Source: Haliotis rubra
Lineage: Eukaryota
Assembly: GCF_003918875.1 (NCBI RefSeq)
Contig: NW_025766525.1
Coordinates: forward strand, 566,865 to 630,864
DNA length: 64,000 nucleotides
Direction of reading: 5' to 3'
The notes beneath the pieces are model-generated. The model did no database searches. It was not told where the DNA came from and was given only the letters and a program-made list of their open reading frames with translations. Both the position numbers and the translations under genes were made by a program. Positions 11,071-25,479 of the stretch are shown in pieces (the first letter of the stretch is position 1; the number at the start of each line of letters is the position of its first letter).

Positions 11071-14000
11071 CCTGAGGACGTCCCAGGTCGCATCACAATG
11101 ACATTTAGTCCTCCCCACCATTACACATAAACCTGAGGACGTCCCAGGTCGCATCACAATGACATTTAGTCCTCCCCACCATTACACATAAACCTGAGGA
11201 CATCCCAGGTCGCATCAGAATGACATTTAGTCCTCCCCACTATTACACATAAACCTGAGGACATCCCAGGTCGCATCAGAATGACATTTAGTCCTCCCCA
11301 CCATTACACATAAACCTGAGGACATACCAGGTCGCATCAGAATGACATTTAGTCCTCCCCACCTTTACACATAAACCTGAGGACATCCCAGGTCACATTA
11401 AAATGACCTTAAGTCCTCCCTACCATTACACATAAACCTGAGGACGTCCCAGGTCGCATCAGAATGACATTTAGTCCTCCCCACCATTGCACAGAAACCT
11501 GAGGACATCCCAGGTCGCATCAGAATGACATTTAGTCCTCCCCACCTTTACACATAAACCTGAGGACATGCCAGGTCGCATCAGAATGACATTTAGTCCT
11601 CCCCACCTTTACACATAAACCTGAGGACGTCCCAGGTCACATCAGAATGACATTTAGTCCTCCCTACCATTACACATAAACCTGAGGACATCCCAGGTCA
11701 CATCAGAATGACCTTTTGTCCACCCTACCATTGCACATAAATCTCAGGACATGCCAGGTCACATCAGAATGACATTTTGTCCTCCCTACCATTGCACATA
11801 AACCTGAGGACATGCCAGGTCGCATCAGAATGACATTTAGTCCTCCCCACCATTGCACAGAAACCTGAGGACATGCCAGGTCACATCAGAATGACATTTA
11901 GTCCTCCCCACCTTTACACATAAACCTGAGGACATCCCAGGTCGCATCAGAATGACATTTAGTCCTCCCCACCTTTACACATAAACCTGAGGACGTCCCA
12001 GGTCGCATCAGAATGATCTTTTGTCCTCCCTACCATTGCACATAAACCTGAGGGCGTCCCAGGTCGCATCAGAAGGACCTTTTTGTCCTCCCTACCATTG
12101 CACATAAATCTCAGGACATCCCAGGTCACATCAGAATGACCTTTTGTCCACCCTACCATGTGCACATAAATCTCAGGACATGCCAGGTCACATCAGAATG
12201 ACCTTTTGTCCTCCCTACCATTGCACATAAACCTGAGGGACATCCCAGGTCGCATCAGAATGACATTTAGTCCTCCCCACCTTTACACATAAACCTGAGG
12301 ACATCCCAGGTCGCATCAGAATGACATTTAGTCCTCCCCACCTTTACACATAAACCTGAGGACGTCCCAGGTCGCATCAGAATGACCTTTTGTCCTCCCT
12401 ACCATTGCACATAAACCTGAGGACGTCCCAGGTCGCATCAGAAGGACCTTTTGTCCTCCCTACCATTGCACATAAACCTGAGGGACATCCCAGGTCACAT
12501 CAGAATGACCTTTTGTCCACCCTACCATTGCACATAAATCTCAGGACATGCCAGGTCACATCAGAATGACCTTTTGTCCTCCCTACCATTGCACTGGAAC
12601 CTGAGGGACATCCCAGGTCACATCAGAATGACCTTTTGTCCACCCTACCATTGCACATAAATCTCAGGACATGCCAGGTCACATCAGAATGACCTTTTGT
12701 CCACCCTACCATTGCACATAAATCTCAGGACATCCCAGGTCACATTAAAATGACCTTAAGTCCTCCCTACCATTACACATAAACCTGAGGACATGCCAGG
12801 TCACATCAGAATGACATTTTGTCCTCCCTACCATTGCACATAAACCTGAGGACATGACAGGTCACATCAGAATGACATTTTGTCCTCCCTACCATTACAC
12901 ATAAACCTGAACCTGAGGACATCCCAGGTCACATCAGAATGACCTTTTGTCCACCCTACCATTGCACATAAATCTCAGGACATGCCAGGTCACATCAGAA
13001 TGACCTTTTGTCCTCCCTACCATTGCACTGAAACCTGAGGACATGCCAGGTCACATCAGAATGACCTTTTGTCCACCCTACCATTGCACATAAATCTCAG
13101 GACATGCCAGGTCACATCAGAATGACCTTTTGTCCACCCTACCATTGCACATAAATCTCAGGACATCCCAGGTCACATTAAAATGACCTTAAGTCCTCCC
13201 TACCATTACACATAAACCTGAGGACATGCCAGGTCACATCAGAATGACATTTAGTCCTCCCTACCATTGCACATAAACCTGAGGACATGCCAGGTCACAT
13301 CAGAATGACATTTTGTCCTCCCTACCATTACACATAAACCTGAACCTGAGGACATCCCAGGTCGCATCAGAATGGCATTTTGTCGTCCCTACCATTACAC
13401 ATAAATCTGAGGACGTCCCAGGTCACATCAGATTGACGTTTTGTCCTCCCTACCATTACACATAAATCTGAGGACATGCCAGGTCACATCAGATTGACGT
13501 TTTGTCCTCCCTACCATTACACATAAACCTGAACCTGAGGACATCCCAGGTCGCATCAGAATGACCTTTTGTCCTCCCTACCATTACACATAAATCTGAG
13601 GACATGCCAGGTCACAGCAGAATGACCGTTTGTCCTCCCCACCATTGCAGAAAAATCTGAGGACATCCCAGGTCACATCAGAATGACGTTTAGTCCTCCC
13701 CATCATTACACATAAACCTGAGGACATGCCAGGTCACAGCAGAATGACCTTTAGTTCTCACTACCATTACACATAAATCTGAGGACATCCCAGGTCACAT
13801 CAGAATGACCTTTTGTCCTCCCCACGATTACAGAAAAATCTGAGGACATCCCAGGTCACATCAGAATGACGTTTAGTCCTCCCCACCATTACACATAAAC
13901 CTGAGGACATCCCAGGTCACATCAGAATGACCTTTTGTCCTCCCTACCATTACACATAAACCTGAGGACATCCCAGGTCGCCTCAGAATGACCTTTTGTC

Positions 14001-17000
14001 CTCCCTACCATTACACATAAACCTGAGGACATCCCAGGTCGCATCAGAATGACCTTTTGTCCTCCCTACCATTACACATAAACCTGAGGGACATCCCAGG
14101 TCACATCAGAAACCTGAGGACATTGCCAAATCTCTAGGACATCAGGTCACATCAGAATGACCTTTTGTCCCACCCTACCATTGCACATAAATCTCAGGAC
14201 ATCCCAGGTCGCATCAGAATGACATTTAGTCCTCCCCACCATTGCACAGAAACCTGAGGACATCCCAGGTCGCATCAGAATGACATTTAGTCCTCCCCAC
14301 CTTTACACATAAACCTGAGGACATCCCAGGTCGCATCAGAATGACATTTAGTCCTCCCCACCTTTACACATAAACCTGAGGACGTCCCAGGTCGCATCAG
14401 AAGGACCTTTTGTCCTCCCTACCATTGCACATAAACCTGAGGACGTCCCAGGTCGCATCAGAATGACCTTTTGTCCTCCCTACCATTGCACATAAATCTC
14501 AGGACATCCCAGGTCACATCAGAATGACCTTTTGTCCACCCTACCATTGCACATAAATCTCAGGACATGCCAGGTCACATCAGAATGACCTTTTGTCCTC
14601 CCTACCATTGCACATAAACCTGAGGACATCCCAGGTCGCATCAGAATGACATTTAGTCCTCCCCACCTTTACACATAAACCTGAGGACATGCCAGGTCGC
14701 ATCAGAATGACATTTAGTCCTCCCCACCTTTACACATAAACCTGAGGACGTCCCAGGTCGCATCAGAATGACGTTTTGTCCTCCCTACCATTGCACATAA
14801 ACCTGAGGACGTCCCAGGTCACATCAGAATGACCTTTTGTCCACCCTACCATTGCACATAAATCTCAGGACATGCCAGGTCACATCAGAATGACCTTTTG
14901 TCCTCCCTACCATTGCACTGAAACCTGAGGACATCCCAGGTCACATCAGAATGACCTTTTGTCCACCCTACCATTGCACATAAATCTCAGGACATGCCAG
15001 GTCACATCAGAATGACCTTTTGTCCACCCTACCATTGCACATAAATCTCAGGACATCCCAGGTCACATTAAAATGACCTTAAGTCCTCCCTACCATTACA
15101 CATAAACCTGAGGACATGCCAGGTCACATCAGAATGACATTTTATCCTCCCTACCATTGCACATAAACCTGAGGACATGACAGGTCACATCAGAATGACA
15201 TTTTGTCCTCCCTACCATTACACATAAACCTGAACCTGAGGACATCCCAGGTCGCATCAGAATGGCATTTTGTCGTCCCTACCATTACACATAAATCTGA
15301 GGACGTCCCAGGTCACATCAGATTGACGTTTTGTCCTCCCTACCATTACACATAAATCTGAGGACATGCCAGGTCACATCAGATTGACGTTTTGTCCTCC
15401 CTACCATTACACATAAACCTGAACCTGAGGACATGCCAGGTCACAGCAGAATGACCGTTTGTCCTCCCCACCATTGCAGAAAAATCTGAGGACATCCCAG
15501 GTCACATCAGAATGACGTTTAGTCCTCCCCATCATTACACATAAACCTGAGGACATGCCAGGTCACATCAGAATGACATTTAGTCCTCCCTACCATTACA
15601 CATAAACCTGAGGACGTCCCAGGTCGCATCAGAATGACCTTTTGTCCTCCCTACCATTACAGAAAAATCTGAGGACATCCCAGGTCACATCAGAATGACG
15701 TTTAGTCCTCCCCACCATTACACATAAACCTGAGGACATCCCAGGTCACATCAGAATGACCTTTTGTCGTCCCTACCATTACACATAAATCTGAGGACAT
15801 CCCAGGTCACATCAGAATGACGTTTAGTCCTCCCCACCATTACACATAAACCTGAGGACATCCCAGGTCACATCAGAATGACGTTTAGTCCTCCCCACCA
15901 TTACACATAAACCTGAGGACATGCCAGGTCACATCAGAATGACATTTAGTCCTCCCTACCATTACACATAAACCTGAGGACGTCCCAGGTCGCATCAGAA
16001 TGACCTTTTGTCCTCCCTACCATTACGCATAAACCTGAGGACGTCCCAGGTCGCATCAGAATGACCTTTTGTCCTCCCTACCATTACACATAAACCTGAG
16101 AACATCCAACGTTGCATCAGAATGACCTTTTGTCCTCCCTACCATTACACAGATACCTGAGGACATCGTAGGTCTCATTAGAATGACCTTTGGTCCTCCC
16201 CACCTTTACACATAAACCTGAGGACATCCCAGGTCGCATCAGAATGACATTTAGTCCTCCCCACCTTTACACATAAACCTGAGGACGTCCCAGGTCGCAT
16301 CAGAATGACCTTTTGTCCTCCCTACCATTGCACATAAACCTGAGGACGTCCCAGGTCACATCAGAATGACCTTTTGTCCACCCTACCATTGCACATAAAT
16401 CTCAGGACATGCCAGGTCACATCAGAATGACCTTTTGTCCTCCCTACCATTGCACTGAAACCTGAGGACATCCCAGGTCACATCAGAATGACCTTTTGTC
16501 CACCCTACCATTGCACATAAATCTCAGGACATGCCAGGTCACATCAGAATGACCTTTTGTCCACCCTACCATTGCACATAAATCTCAGGACATCCCAGGT
16601 CACATTAAAATGACCTTAAGTCCTCCCTACCATTACACATAAACCTGAGGACATGCCAGGTCACATCAGAATGACATTTTGTCCTCCCTACCATTGCACA
16701 TAAACCTGAGGACATGACAGGTCACATCAGAATGACATTTTGTCCTCCCTACCATTACACATAAACCTGAACCTGAGGACATCCCAGGTCGCATCAGAAT
16801 GGCATTTTGTCGTCCCTACCATTACACATAAATCTGAGGACGTCCCAGGTCACATCAGATTGACGTTTTGTCCTCCCTACCATTACACATAAATCTGAGG
16901 ACATGCCAGGTCACATCAGATTGACGTTTGTCCTCCCTACCATTACACATAAACCTGAACCTGAGGACATGCCAGGTCACAGCAGAATGACCGTTTGTCC

Positions 17001-18068
17001 TCCCCACCATTGCAGAAAAATCTGAGGGACATCCCAGGTCACATCAGAATGACGTTTAGTCCTCCCCATCATTACACATAAACCTGAGGACATGCCAGGT
17101 CACATCAGAATGACATTTAGTCCTCCCTACCATTACACATAAACCTGAGGACGTCCCAGGTCGCATCAGAATGACCTTTTGTCCTCCCTACCATTACACA
17201 AAAATCTGAGGACATCCCAGGTCTCATCAGAATGACGTTTAGTCCTCCCCCACCATTACACATAAACCTGAGGACATCCCAGGTCACATCAGAATGACCC
17301 TTTGTCGTCCCTACCATTACACATAAATCTGAGGACATCCCAGGTCCCATTACACATAAACCTGAGAACATCCAACGTTGCATCAGAATGACCTTTTGTC
17401 CTCCCTACCATTACACAGATACCTGAGGACATCGTAGGTCTCATTAGAATGACCTTTGGTCCTCCCCGCCATTACACATGAACCTGAGAACATCCCAGGT
17501 CGCATCAGAATGACCTTTTGTCCTCCCTACCATTACACAGATACCTGAGGACATCGTAGGTCTCATTAGAATGACCTTTGGTCCTCCCCGCCATTACACA
17601 GAAATCTGAGGACATCGTAGGTCACATCAGAATGACCTTTGGTCCTCCCCGCCATTACACAGATACCTGAGGACATCGTAGGTCTCATTAGAATGACCTT
17701 TTGTCCTCCCTACCATTACACAGATACCTGAGGACATCGTAGGTCGCATCAGAATGACCTTTTGTCCTCCCTACCATTACACAGATACCTGAGAACATCG
17801 TAGGTCTCATTAGAATGACCTTTGGTCCTCCCCGCCATTACACAGAAATCTGAGGACATCGTAGGTCACATCAGAATGACCTTTGGTCCTCCTCGCCATT
17901 ACACAGAAACCTGAGGACATCGTAGGTCTCATTAGAATGACCTTTTGTCCTCCCTACCATTACACAGATACCTGAGGACATCGTAGGTCTCATTAGAATG
18001 ACCTTTTGTCCTCCCTACCATTACACAGATACCTGAGGACATCGTAGGTCTCATTAGAATGACCTTTC
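11071..18068. repeat. 61-bp satellite (unit cctgaggacgtcccaggtcgcatcagaatgacatttagtcctccccaccattacacataaa). About 115 copies span 7 kb. Several subfamilies occur, for example a cctgaggacatcgtaggtctcattagaatgacctttggtcctccccgccattacacagata variant at 17340-18068.
   Basis: A 61-bp period was counted directly (11071 to 11132). The minus-strand ORFs at 11959-12165 and 17117-17383 are repeat artefacts. Confidence 0.9.
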
Positions 18069-19019
18069 ATGAAATTAGCTGAACTAATGAAGAACTAGCA
18101 AAACCCTGAAAGCAGCCTATAATAACGAGATTTCTCAGGCTCCACGGCACAAGTATCAGACCAATTGCATGAACATCTCCTTGCAGCTGAGTGCATTGAC
18201 GAGGTGTGTATCACAGTATACCATGAATACAGACATTGTAAAATATTTAGTGTTTGACTAACTTATTTCTGTTTTAGAATATGTTGTAATGTTATAAATT
18301 ATATTAATATGAGATTACAGTTTTATGATCTGCCTGTTGAGAAAGAATTATTTTTGATAGTTTGATAAATCATGAAATATTTACAGCTGTATTGTTGGTG
18401 AACCTTTGTTGATTGGTTCTGGATAGTTAGCTAGAATGTTTGCTGTGTCTCAGTTTCCATGAAAACACTGCTGACATTTGTTTTCCACTGTTTCTGTCTT
18501 GTTCTGTCGTGTTGTTCATCATGTGGGTTGTACTGAAATTATTGTATCTTGGAATAAATTATGGTTAGAAGAGTTTGTTTTATTGCCGAAGTGTGACAAA
18601 GCATTGCCGTTGCCAAAATATGTGGTGTTTACAGTCTGTTTGGGTCAAAATGATATCGACGAATCACAAATGATGTGACGTCACAAGTGCATGTGATTCC
18701 CGCCCCCTGAGGCTGTTCCTGCAACTGTTACTTTACTCACAGAAAACCAAAACAAAATCTTGACAGTTTGTTAAGTAACATTTTCATTTTGGAGACAAAA
18801 TATGAATCTTTTTCATTACATTCTGCGTTGAAATGAATGTTTTATCATTAACGGATTGTGATTCATAGGTATGATTTTGACCCAACAGACTGTAACTAAG
18901 GGTAGTTCCAAGCAGTGGTGAATATACAAGACACAGTGAAAAGGAATGTATGTTACCAAATCTGATGCTGTTGAAGTCTCTTAGTTAAGGATTACATGAT
19001 CCACAGCAAGTGACATGCC

Positions 19020-22000
19020 CAGAGGGGTAGAAATATTGTGTGGAGACCTCTCTTGGTGTGGAATGTACACAGACCTCTCTTGGTGTGGAATGTCTGCAGA
19101 CCACACTTGGTGTGGAATGTGTAGAGACCACTCTTGGTGTTGAATGTGTAGAGAACACTCTTGTTGTCGAATGTGTAGAGACCACTCTTGTTGTGGAATG
19201 TGTGGACACCACTCTTGGTGTGGAATGTGTAGAGACCCCTCTTGTAGTGGAATGTGTAGAGACCACTCTTGTTGTGGAATGTGTGGAGACCACTCTTATT
19301 GTGGAATGTGTAGAGACCACTCTTGTTGTGGAATGTGTAGAGACCACTCTTGTGGAATTCGCACAGACCACTCTTGTTGTGGAATTCGTAGAGACCACTC
19401 TTGTTGTGTAATGTGTAGAGACCACTCTTGTTGTGGAATTTGTAGAGACCTCTCTTGTTGTGGAATGTGCACGGACCACACTTGGTGTGGAATGTGTAGA
19501 GACCACTCTTGTTGTGGAATGTGTAGAGACCACTCTTGCTGTGGAATGTGTAGAGACCACTCTTGTTGTAGAATATGTAGAGACCACTATTGTTGTGGAA
19601 TGTGCACAGACCACTCTTGTTCTGGAATGTGCACAGACCACTGTTGTTGTAGAATGTGTAGAGACCACTCTTGTTGTGGAATGTGTGAATACCACTCTTG
19701 GTGTGGAATGTGTAGAGACCACTCTCGGTGTAGAATGTTTTGAGACCACTCTTGTTGTGGAATGTGCACAGACCACTCTTGTTGTGGAATGTGTAGAGAC
19801 CACTCTTGTTGTGGAATGTGTAGAGACCACTCTCGGTGTAGAATGTTTTGAGACCACTCTTGTTGTGGAATGTGCACAGACCACTCTTGTTGTGGAATGT
19901 GTGGAGACCACTCTAGTTGTGGAATGTGTGTAGACCACTCTTGTTGTGGAATGTGTGGAGACCACTCTTGTTGTGGAATGTGTAGAGACCACTCTTGTTG
20001 TGGAATGTAGAGTGTAGAATGTGTAGAGACCACTCTTGGTGTGGAATGTGAAGACCACCACTGTTGTTGTGAGAACTCTTGGTGTAGAATATGAAGAGAC
20101 CACTCTTGTTGTGGAATGTGTAGAGACCACTCTTGGTGTAGAATATGTAGAGACCACTCTTGTTGTGGAATGTGTAGAGACCACTCTTGTAGAATATGTA
20201 GAGACCACTCTTGTTGTGGAATGTGCACAGACCACTCTTGTTGTCGAATGTGTAGAGACCACTCTTGTTTTCGAATGTGTAGAGACCACTCTTGTTGTGG
20301 AATTGTAGAGACCACTCTTGTTGTGGAATGTGTGGAGACCCCTCTTGTTGTGGAATGTGTAGAGACCACTCTTGTGGAATGTGTAGAGACCACTCTTGTT
20401 GTGGAATGTGTGGAGACCACTCTTGTTGTGGAATGTGTAGAGACCACTCTTGTTGTGGAATGTGTAGAGACCACTCTTGTTGTGGAATGTGTAGAGACCA
20501 CTCTTGTTGTGGAATGTGTAGAGACCACTCTTGTTGTGGAATGTGTAGAGACCACTCTTGTTGTGAATATGAAGAGACCACTCCTTGTTGTGGAATGTGT
20601 AGAGACCACTCTTGTGTGTGTAGAAGACCACTCTTGTTGTGGAATGTGAGACCACTCTTGTTGTGGAATATGTAGAGACCACTCTTGTTGTGGAATGTGT
20701 AGAGACCACTCTTGTTGTGGAATGTGTAGAGACCACTCTTGTGGAATGTGTAGAGACCACCACTCTTGTTGTGGAATGTGTGGAGACCACTCTTGTTGTG
20801 GAATGTGTAGAGACCACTCTTGTTGTGGAATGTGTGCTCATGTTGTGGAATGTGTAGAGACCACTCTTGAATGTGTGTGGAATGTGTAGAGACCACTCTT
20901 GTTGTGGAATGTGTAGAGACCACTCTTGTTGGGGAATGTGTGAGACTCTTGTTGTGGAATGTGTAGAGACCACTCTTGGTGTAGAATATGTAGAGACCAC
21001 TCTTGTTGTGGAATGTGTAGAGACCACTCTTGTTGTGGAATGTGTGTAGTGTAGAATATGTAGAGACCAGGAATGTGAAGAGACCACTCTTGTTGTGGAA
21101 TGTGTAGAGACCACTCTTGTTGTAGAATGTGTAGAGACCACTCTTGTTGTCGAATGTGTAGAGACCACTCTTGTTGTGGAATGTGTAGAGACCACTCTTG
21201 TTGTGGAATGTGTAGAGACCACTCTTGTTGTGGAATGTGTAGAGACCCCTCTTGTTGTGGAATGTGTAGAGACCACTCTTGTGGAATGTGTAGAGACCAC
21301 TCTTGGTGTGGAATGTGTGGAGACCCCTTTTGTTGTGGAATGTGTAGAGACCACTCTTGTTGGGGAATGTGTAGAGACCACTCTTGTTGTGGAATGTGTA
21401 GAGACCGCTCATGTTGTGGAATGTGTAGAGACCACTCTTGGTGTAGAATGTGTAGAGACCACTCTTGTTGTGGAATGTGTAGAGACCGCTCATGTTGTGG
21501 AATGTGTAGAGACCACTCTTGGTGTAGAATGTGTAGAGACCACTCTTGTTGTGGAATGTGTAGAAACCACTCTTGTAGTGGAATGTGTGGAGACCACTCT
21601 TGTTGTGGAATGTGTAGAGACCACTCTTGTTGTGGAATGTGTAGAGACCACTCTTGTTGTGGAATGTGTAGAGACCACTCTTGTTGTGGAATGTGTAGAG
21701 ACCACTCTTGTTGTGGAATGTGTAGAGACAACTCTTGTTGTGGAATGTGTAGAGGCCACTCTTGTTGTGGAATGTGTGAAGACCACTCTTGTTGTGGAAT
21801 GTGTGGAGACCACTCTAATTGTAGAATGTGTAGAGACCACTCTTGGTGTGGAATGTGTGGAGACCACTCTGTGGAATGTGTGGAGACCACTGTTGTGGAA
21901 TGTGTGGAGACCACTCTTGTTGTGCAATGTGTAGAGACCACTCTCGGTGTAGAATGTTTTGAGACCACTCTTGTTGTGGAATGTGCACAGACCACTCTTG

Positions 22001-22225
22001 TTGTGGAATGTGTAGAGACCACTCTTGTTGTGGAATGTGTGGAGACCACTCTTGTTGTGGAATGTGTAGAGACCACTCGTGTTGTGGAATGTGTAGAGAC
22101 CACTCTTGTTGTGGAATGTGTGAAGACCACTCTTGTTGTGGAATGTGTGGAGACCACTCTAGTTGTAGAATGCGTAGAGACCACTCTTGTTGTGGAATGT
22201 GCACAGACCACTCTTGTTATATCAT
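19020..22225. repeat. 27-bp satellite (unit gagaccactcttgttgtggaatgtgta), about 120 copies.
   Basis: The period is 27 bp, a multiple of 3. This produces very long spurious ORFs on both strands, including the 798-aa and 526-aa minus ORFs with VETTLVVEC / STHSTTRVV periodicity. Confidence 0.9.
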
Positions 22226-22424
22226 TCTCTCCTGAATAGTCCATCAGCTTGGACTGTGTAATAAGTAAACAACAGGGCCCTCCTGCTGTCTAATTTTTCT
22301 AATTGTTCTAATTGTTCTAACCAGCCGTGTGTATTTTGTTCTGCTCTCACATACAGTTGGTTTCCTCGTGTTTTTTCGGTATTAATCACAAATCCTTGAC
22401 TGTTGTTAATCTATTTCGTGCATA

Positions 22425-22940
22425 CACTTATATTACTGAATCTGTATTAGATGTATATAATCCATATTTGTTGTATATAATACATATTAGATATATATAA
22501 TCCATATTAGATGTATATAATCCATATTAGATGTATATAATCCATATTTGATGTATCTAATCCATATTTGTTGTATATAATACATATTAGATATATATAA
22601 TCCATATTAGATGTATATAATCCATATTTGATGTATCTAATCCATATTAGATGTATCTAATCCATATTAGATGTATATAATACATATTAGATATATATAA
22701 TCCATATTAGATGTATATAATCCATATTAGATGTATATAATCCATATTTGATGTATCTAATCCATATTTGTTGTATATAATACATATTAGATATATATAA
22801 TCCATATTAGATGTATATAATCCATATTTGATGTATCTAATCCATATTAGATGTATCTAATCCATATTAGATGTATATAATCCATATTAGATGTATATAA
22901 TCCATATTAGATGTATATAATCCATATTTGATGTATATAA
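22425..22940. repeat. 20-bp AT-rich satellite (unit tccatattagatgtatataa), about 25 copies.
   Basis: Direct reading. Confidence 0.85.
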
Positions 22941-23137
22941 TCAAGAGATATATATTCTGTGCTGTTACTTTGTTCTTGCTTAGAGCAGTATATAGATGTG
23001 TGCTGAAACATCGAAACATAATATGATAAAGGTGTTCTCATCCATAAAATAACTTCCGTTTATTGTTAACAGTTCAGTGATCTCATGGAAACATTAGCTC
23101 AAGATTGTGCTGGGGTACTTTTCAGAGACTGTGACAC

Positions 23138-25290
23138 AGTTTTCATCAAATGAGCTGCAATCACGAACCAAGGCTGTGTATGAAGCATCACCCAGCTACT
23201 CACCGACTTCACCCAGGTACTCACCGACTTCACCCAGGTACTCACCGACTTCACCCAGCTACACACCGACTTCACCCAGCTACACACCGACTTCACCAAG
23301 GTACTCACCTACTACTCCCAGGTACTCACCAACTGCTCCCAGGTACTCACCGACTTTGCCAAGGTACTCACCGACTTCACCCAGTTACACACCGACTTCA
23401 CCCAGGTACTCACCAACTGCTCCCAGGTACTCACCGACTTCACCAAGGTACTCACCGACTACTTACAGGTACTCACTGATTTCACCCAGCTACACACCAA
23501 CTTCACACAGCTACACACCAACTTCACCGAGCTACTCAATGATTTCACCCAGCTACACACCAACTTCACCGAGCTACACACCAACTACACCCAGCCACAC
23601 ACCAACTTCACCCAGCTACACACTAATTTCACACAACTACACACTAACTTCACCCAGCTACAGACCAACTTCACACAGCTACACACTAACTTCACCCACA
23701 GAAAATCTAACTTCACCCAGCTACACACTAATGTCACACAACTACACACCAACTTCACCCTGCTACACACTGACTTCACACCAACTTCACCCAGCTACAC
23801 ACTAACTTCTCCCAGCTACACACCAACTTCACACTAACTTCACACAGCTACACACTAACTTCTCCCAGCTACACACTATCTTCACCTATCTACACACCAA
23901 CTTCACCCAGCTACACACCAACTTCACCCAGCTACACACTAACTTCACCTATCTACACACCAACTTCACCCAGCTACACACCAACTTCACCCAGCTACAC
24001 ACCAACTTCACCCAGCTACACACCAACTTCACCCAGCTACAAGCCAACTTCACCCAGCTACACACCAACTTCACCCAGCTACAAGCCAACTTTACCCAGC
24101 TACACACCAACTTCACCCAGCTACACACCAACTTCACCCAGCTACACACCAACTTCACCCAGCTACACACCAACTTCACCCAGCTACAAGCCAACTTCAC
24201 CCAGCTACACACCAACTTCACCTATCTACACACCAACTTCACCCAGCTACAAGCCAACTTCACCCAGCTACACACTAACTTCACCTATCTACACACCAAC
24301 TTCTCCCAGCTACACACCAAGTGCACCTATCTACACACCAACTTCACACAGCTACACGCCAACTGCACCTATCTACACACCAACTTCACCTATCTACACG
24401 TAAACTTCATCCAGCTAGTCACCGACTTCACCTATCTACACACCAACTTCATCCAGCTACACACCAACTTCACCTATCTACATGCCAACTTCACCCTGCT
24501 ACACACCAACTTCACCTATCTACACGCCAACTTCATCCAGCTAGTCACCGACTTCACCTATCTACACACCAACTTCATCCAGCTACACACTAACTTCACC
24601 TATCTACACGCCAGCTTCATCCAGCTAGTCACCGACTTCACCCAGCTACACACCAACTTCACCCAGCTACACACCAACTTCACCTATCTACACACCAAAT
24701 TCACCCAGTTACACACAACTTCACCTATCTATACACCAACTTCACCCAGCTACACGCCAACTTCACCCAGCTACACACCAACTTCACCTATCTACAAGCC
24801 AACTTCACCTATCTACACACCAACTTCACCTATCTACATGCCAACTTCATCCAGCTACACGCCAACTTCACCCAGCTACACACCAACTTCTCCCAGCTAC
24901 ACACCAACTTCACCTTTCTACACACCAACTTCACCTATCTACACACCAACTTCACCTATCTACAAGCCAACTTCACCTATCTACATGCCAACTTCATCCA
25001 GCTACACACCAACTTCACCTATCTACACGCCAACTTCATCCAGCTACACGCCAACTTCACCCAGCTACACACCAACTTCAACCAGCTACACACCATCTTC
25101 ACCCAGCTACACACCAACTTCAACCAGCTACACACCAACTTCTCCCAGCTACACACCAACTTCACCCAGCTACACGCCAACTTCAAACAGCTACACACCA
25201 ACTTCTCCCAGCTACACACCAACTTCACCCAGCTACACACCAACTTCACCCAGCTACACGCCAACTTCACCCAGCTAGTCACCAACTACT
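23138..25290 (+). repeat. 21-bp tandem array whose + frame encodes RNA polymerase II CTD-like heptads (YSPTSPR / YTPTSPS / YTPTSPI...). The proximal about 300 bp is open and codon-diverse. The distal part is homogenised at the DNA level and interrupted by stops.
   Basis: ORF 23107-23805 reads ...[42 protein letters not shown]... A possible acceptor is gacacag| at 23137. Units such as cagctacacaccaacttcacc repeat perfectly at 23950-24200. A second block lies at 26870-28095. Confidence 0.75.
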
Positions 25291-25479
25291 CTCAGGTACT
25301 CACATCTACTCCCAGCTATAAACCGACTTGACCCAGCTACTCACTGACTGAGCTACCCACCGACTTCACCCACTACTCCCAGGTACTCACCGACTTCACC
25401 AAGGTACTCACCAACTACTCCCAGCACCGACTTCACACAGCTACTCAGCAAGACCACAGAAGCACTCACAATCTCCCCA

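Noticed and set aside
11071-18068. A CRISPR-like interpretation of the regular 61-bp repeats.
   Set aside because: The repeats are contiguous with no unique spacers. The context is eukaryotic, with introns and animal transposons. It is a satellite.
18672-18712. A TGACGTCA CRE palindrome next to a CCCGCCCC GC-box, as a possible promoter.
   Set aside because: It is an isolated motif pair with no downstream ORF or exon, so it is too weak to call.
18985-22244. Very long ORFs (up to 798 aa on the minus strand, 379 aa on the plus strand) with STHSTTRVV / CRDHSCCGM periodicity.
   Set aside because: They coincide exactly with a 27-bp satellite whose unit length is a multiple of 3. All frames on both strands are open and perfectly periodic, which is a repeat artefact.
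23107-23805. Calling this the bona fide POLR2A (RPB1) last exon.
   Set aside because: The upstream sequence does not resemble the RPB1 linker. No RPB1 exons are present nearby. The array degenerates into a DNA-homogenised satellite with stops and is duplicated in a higher-order repeat. It is reported instead as a CTD-like array of uncertain origin.
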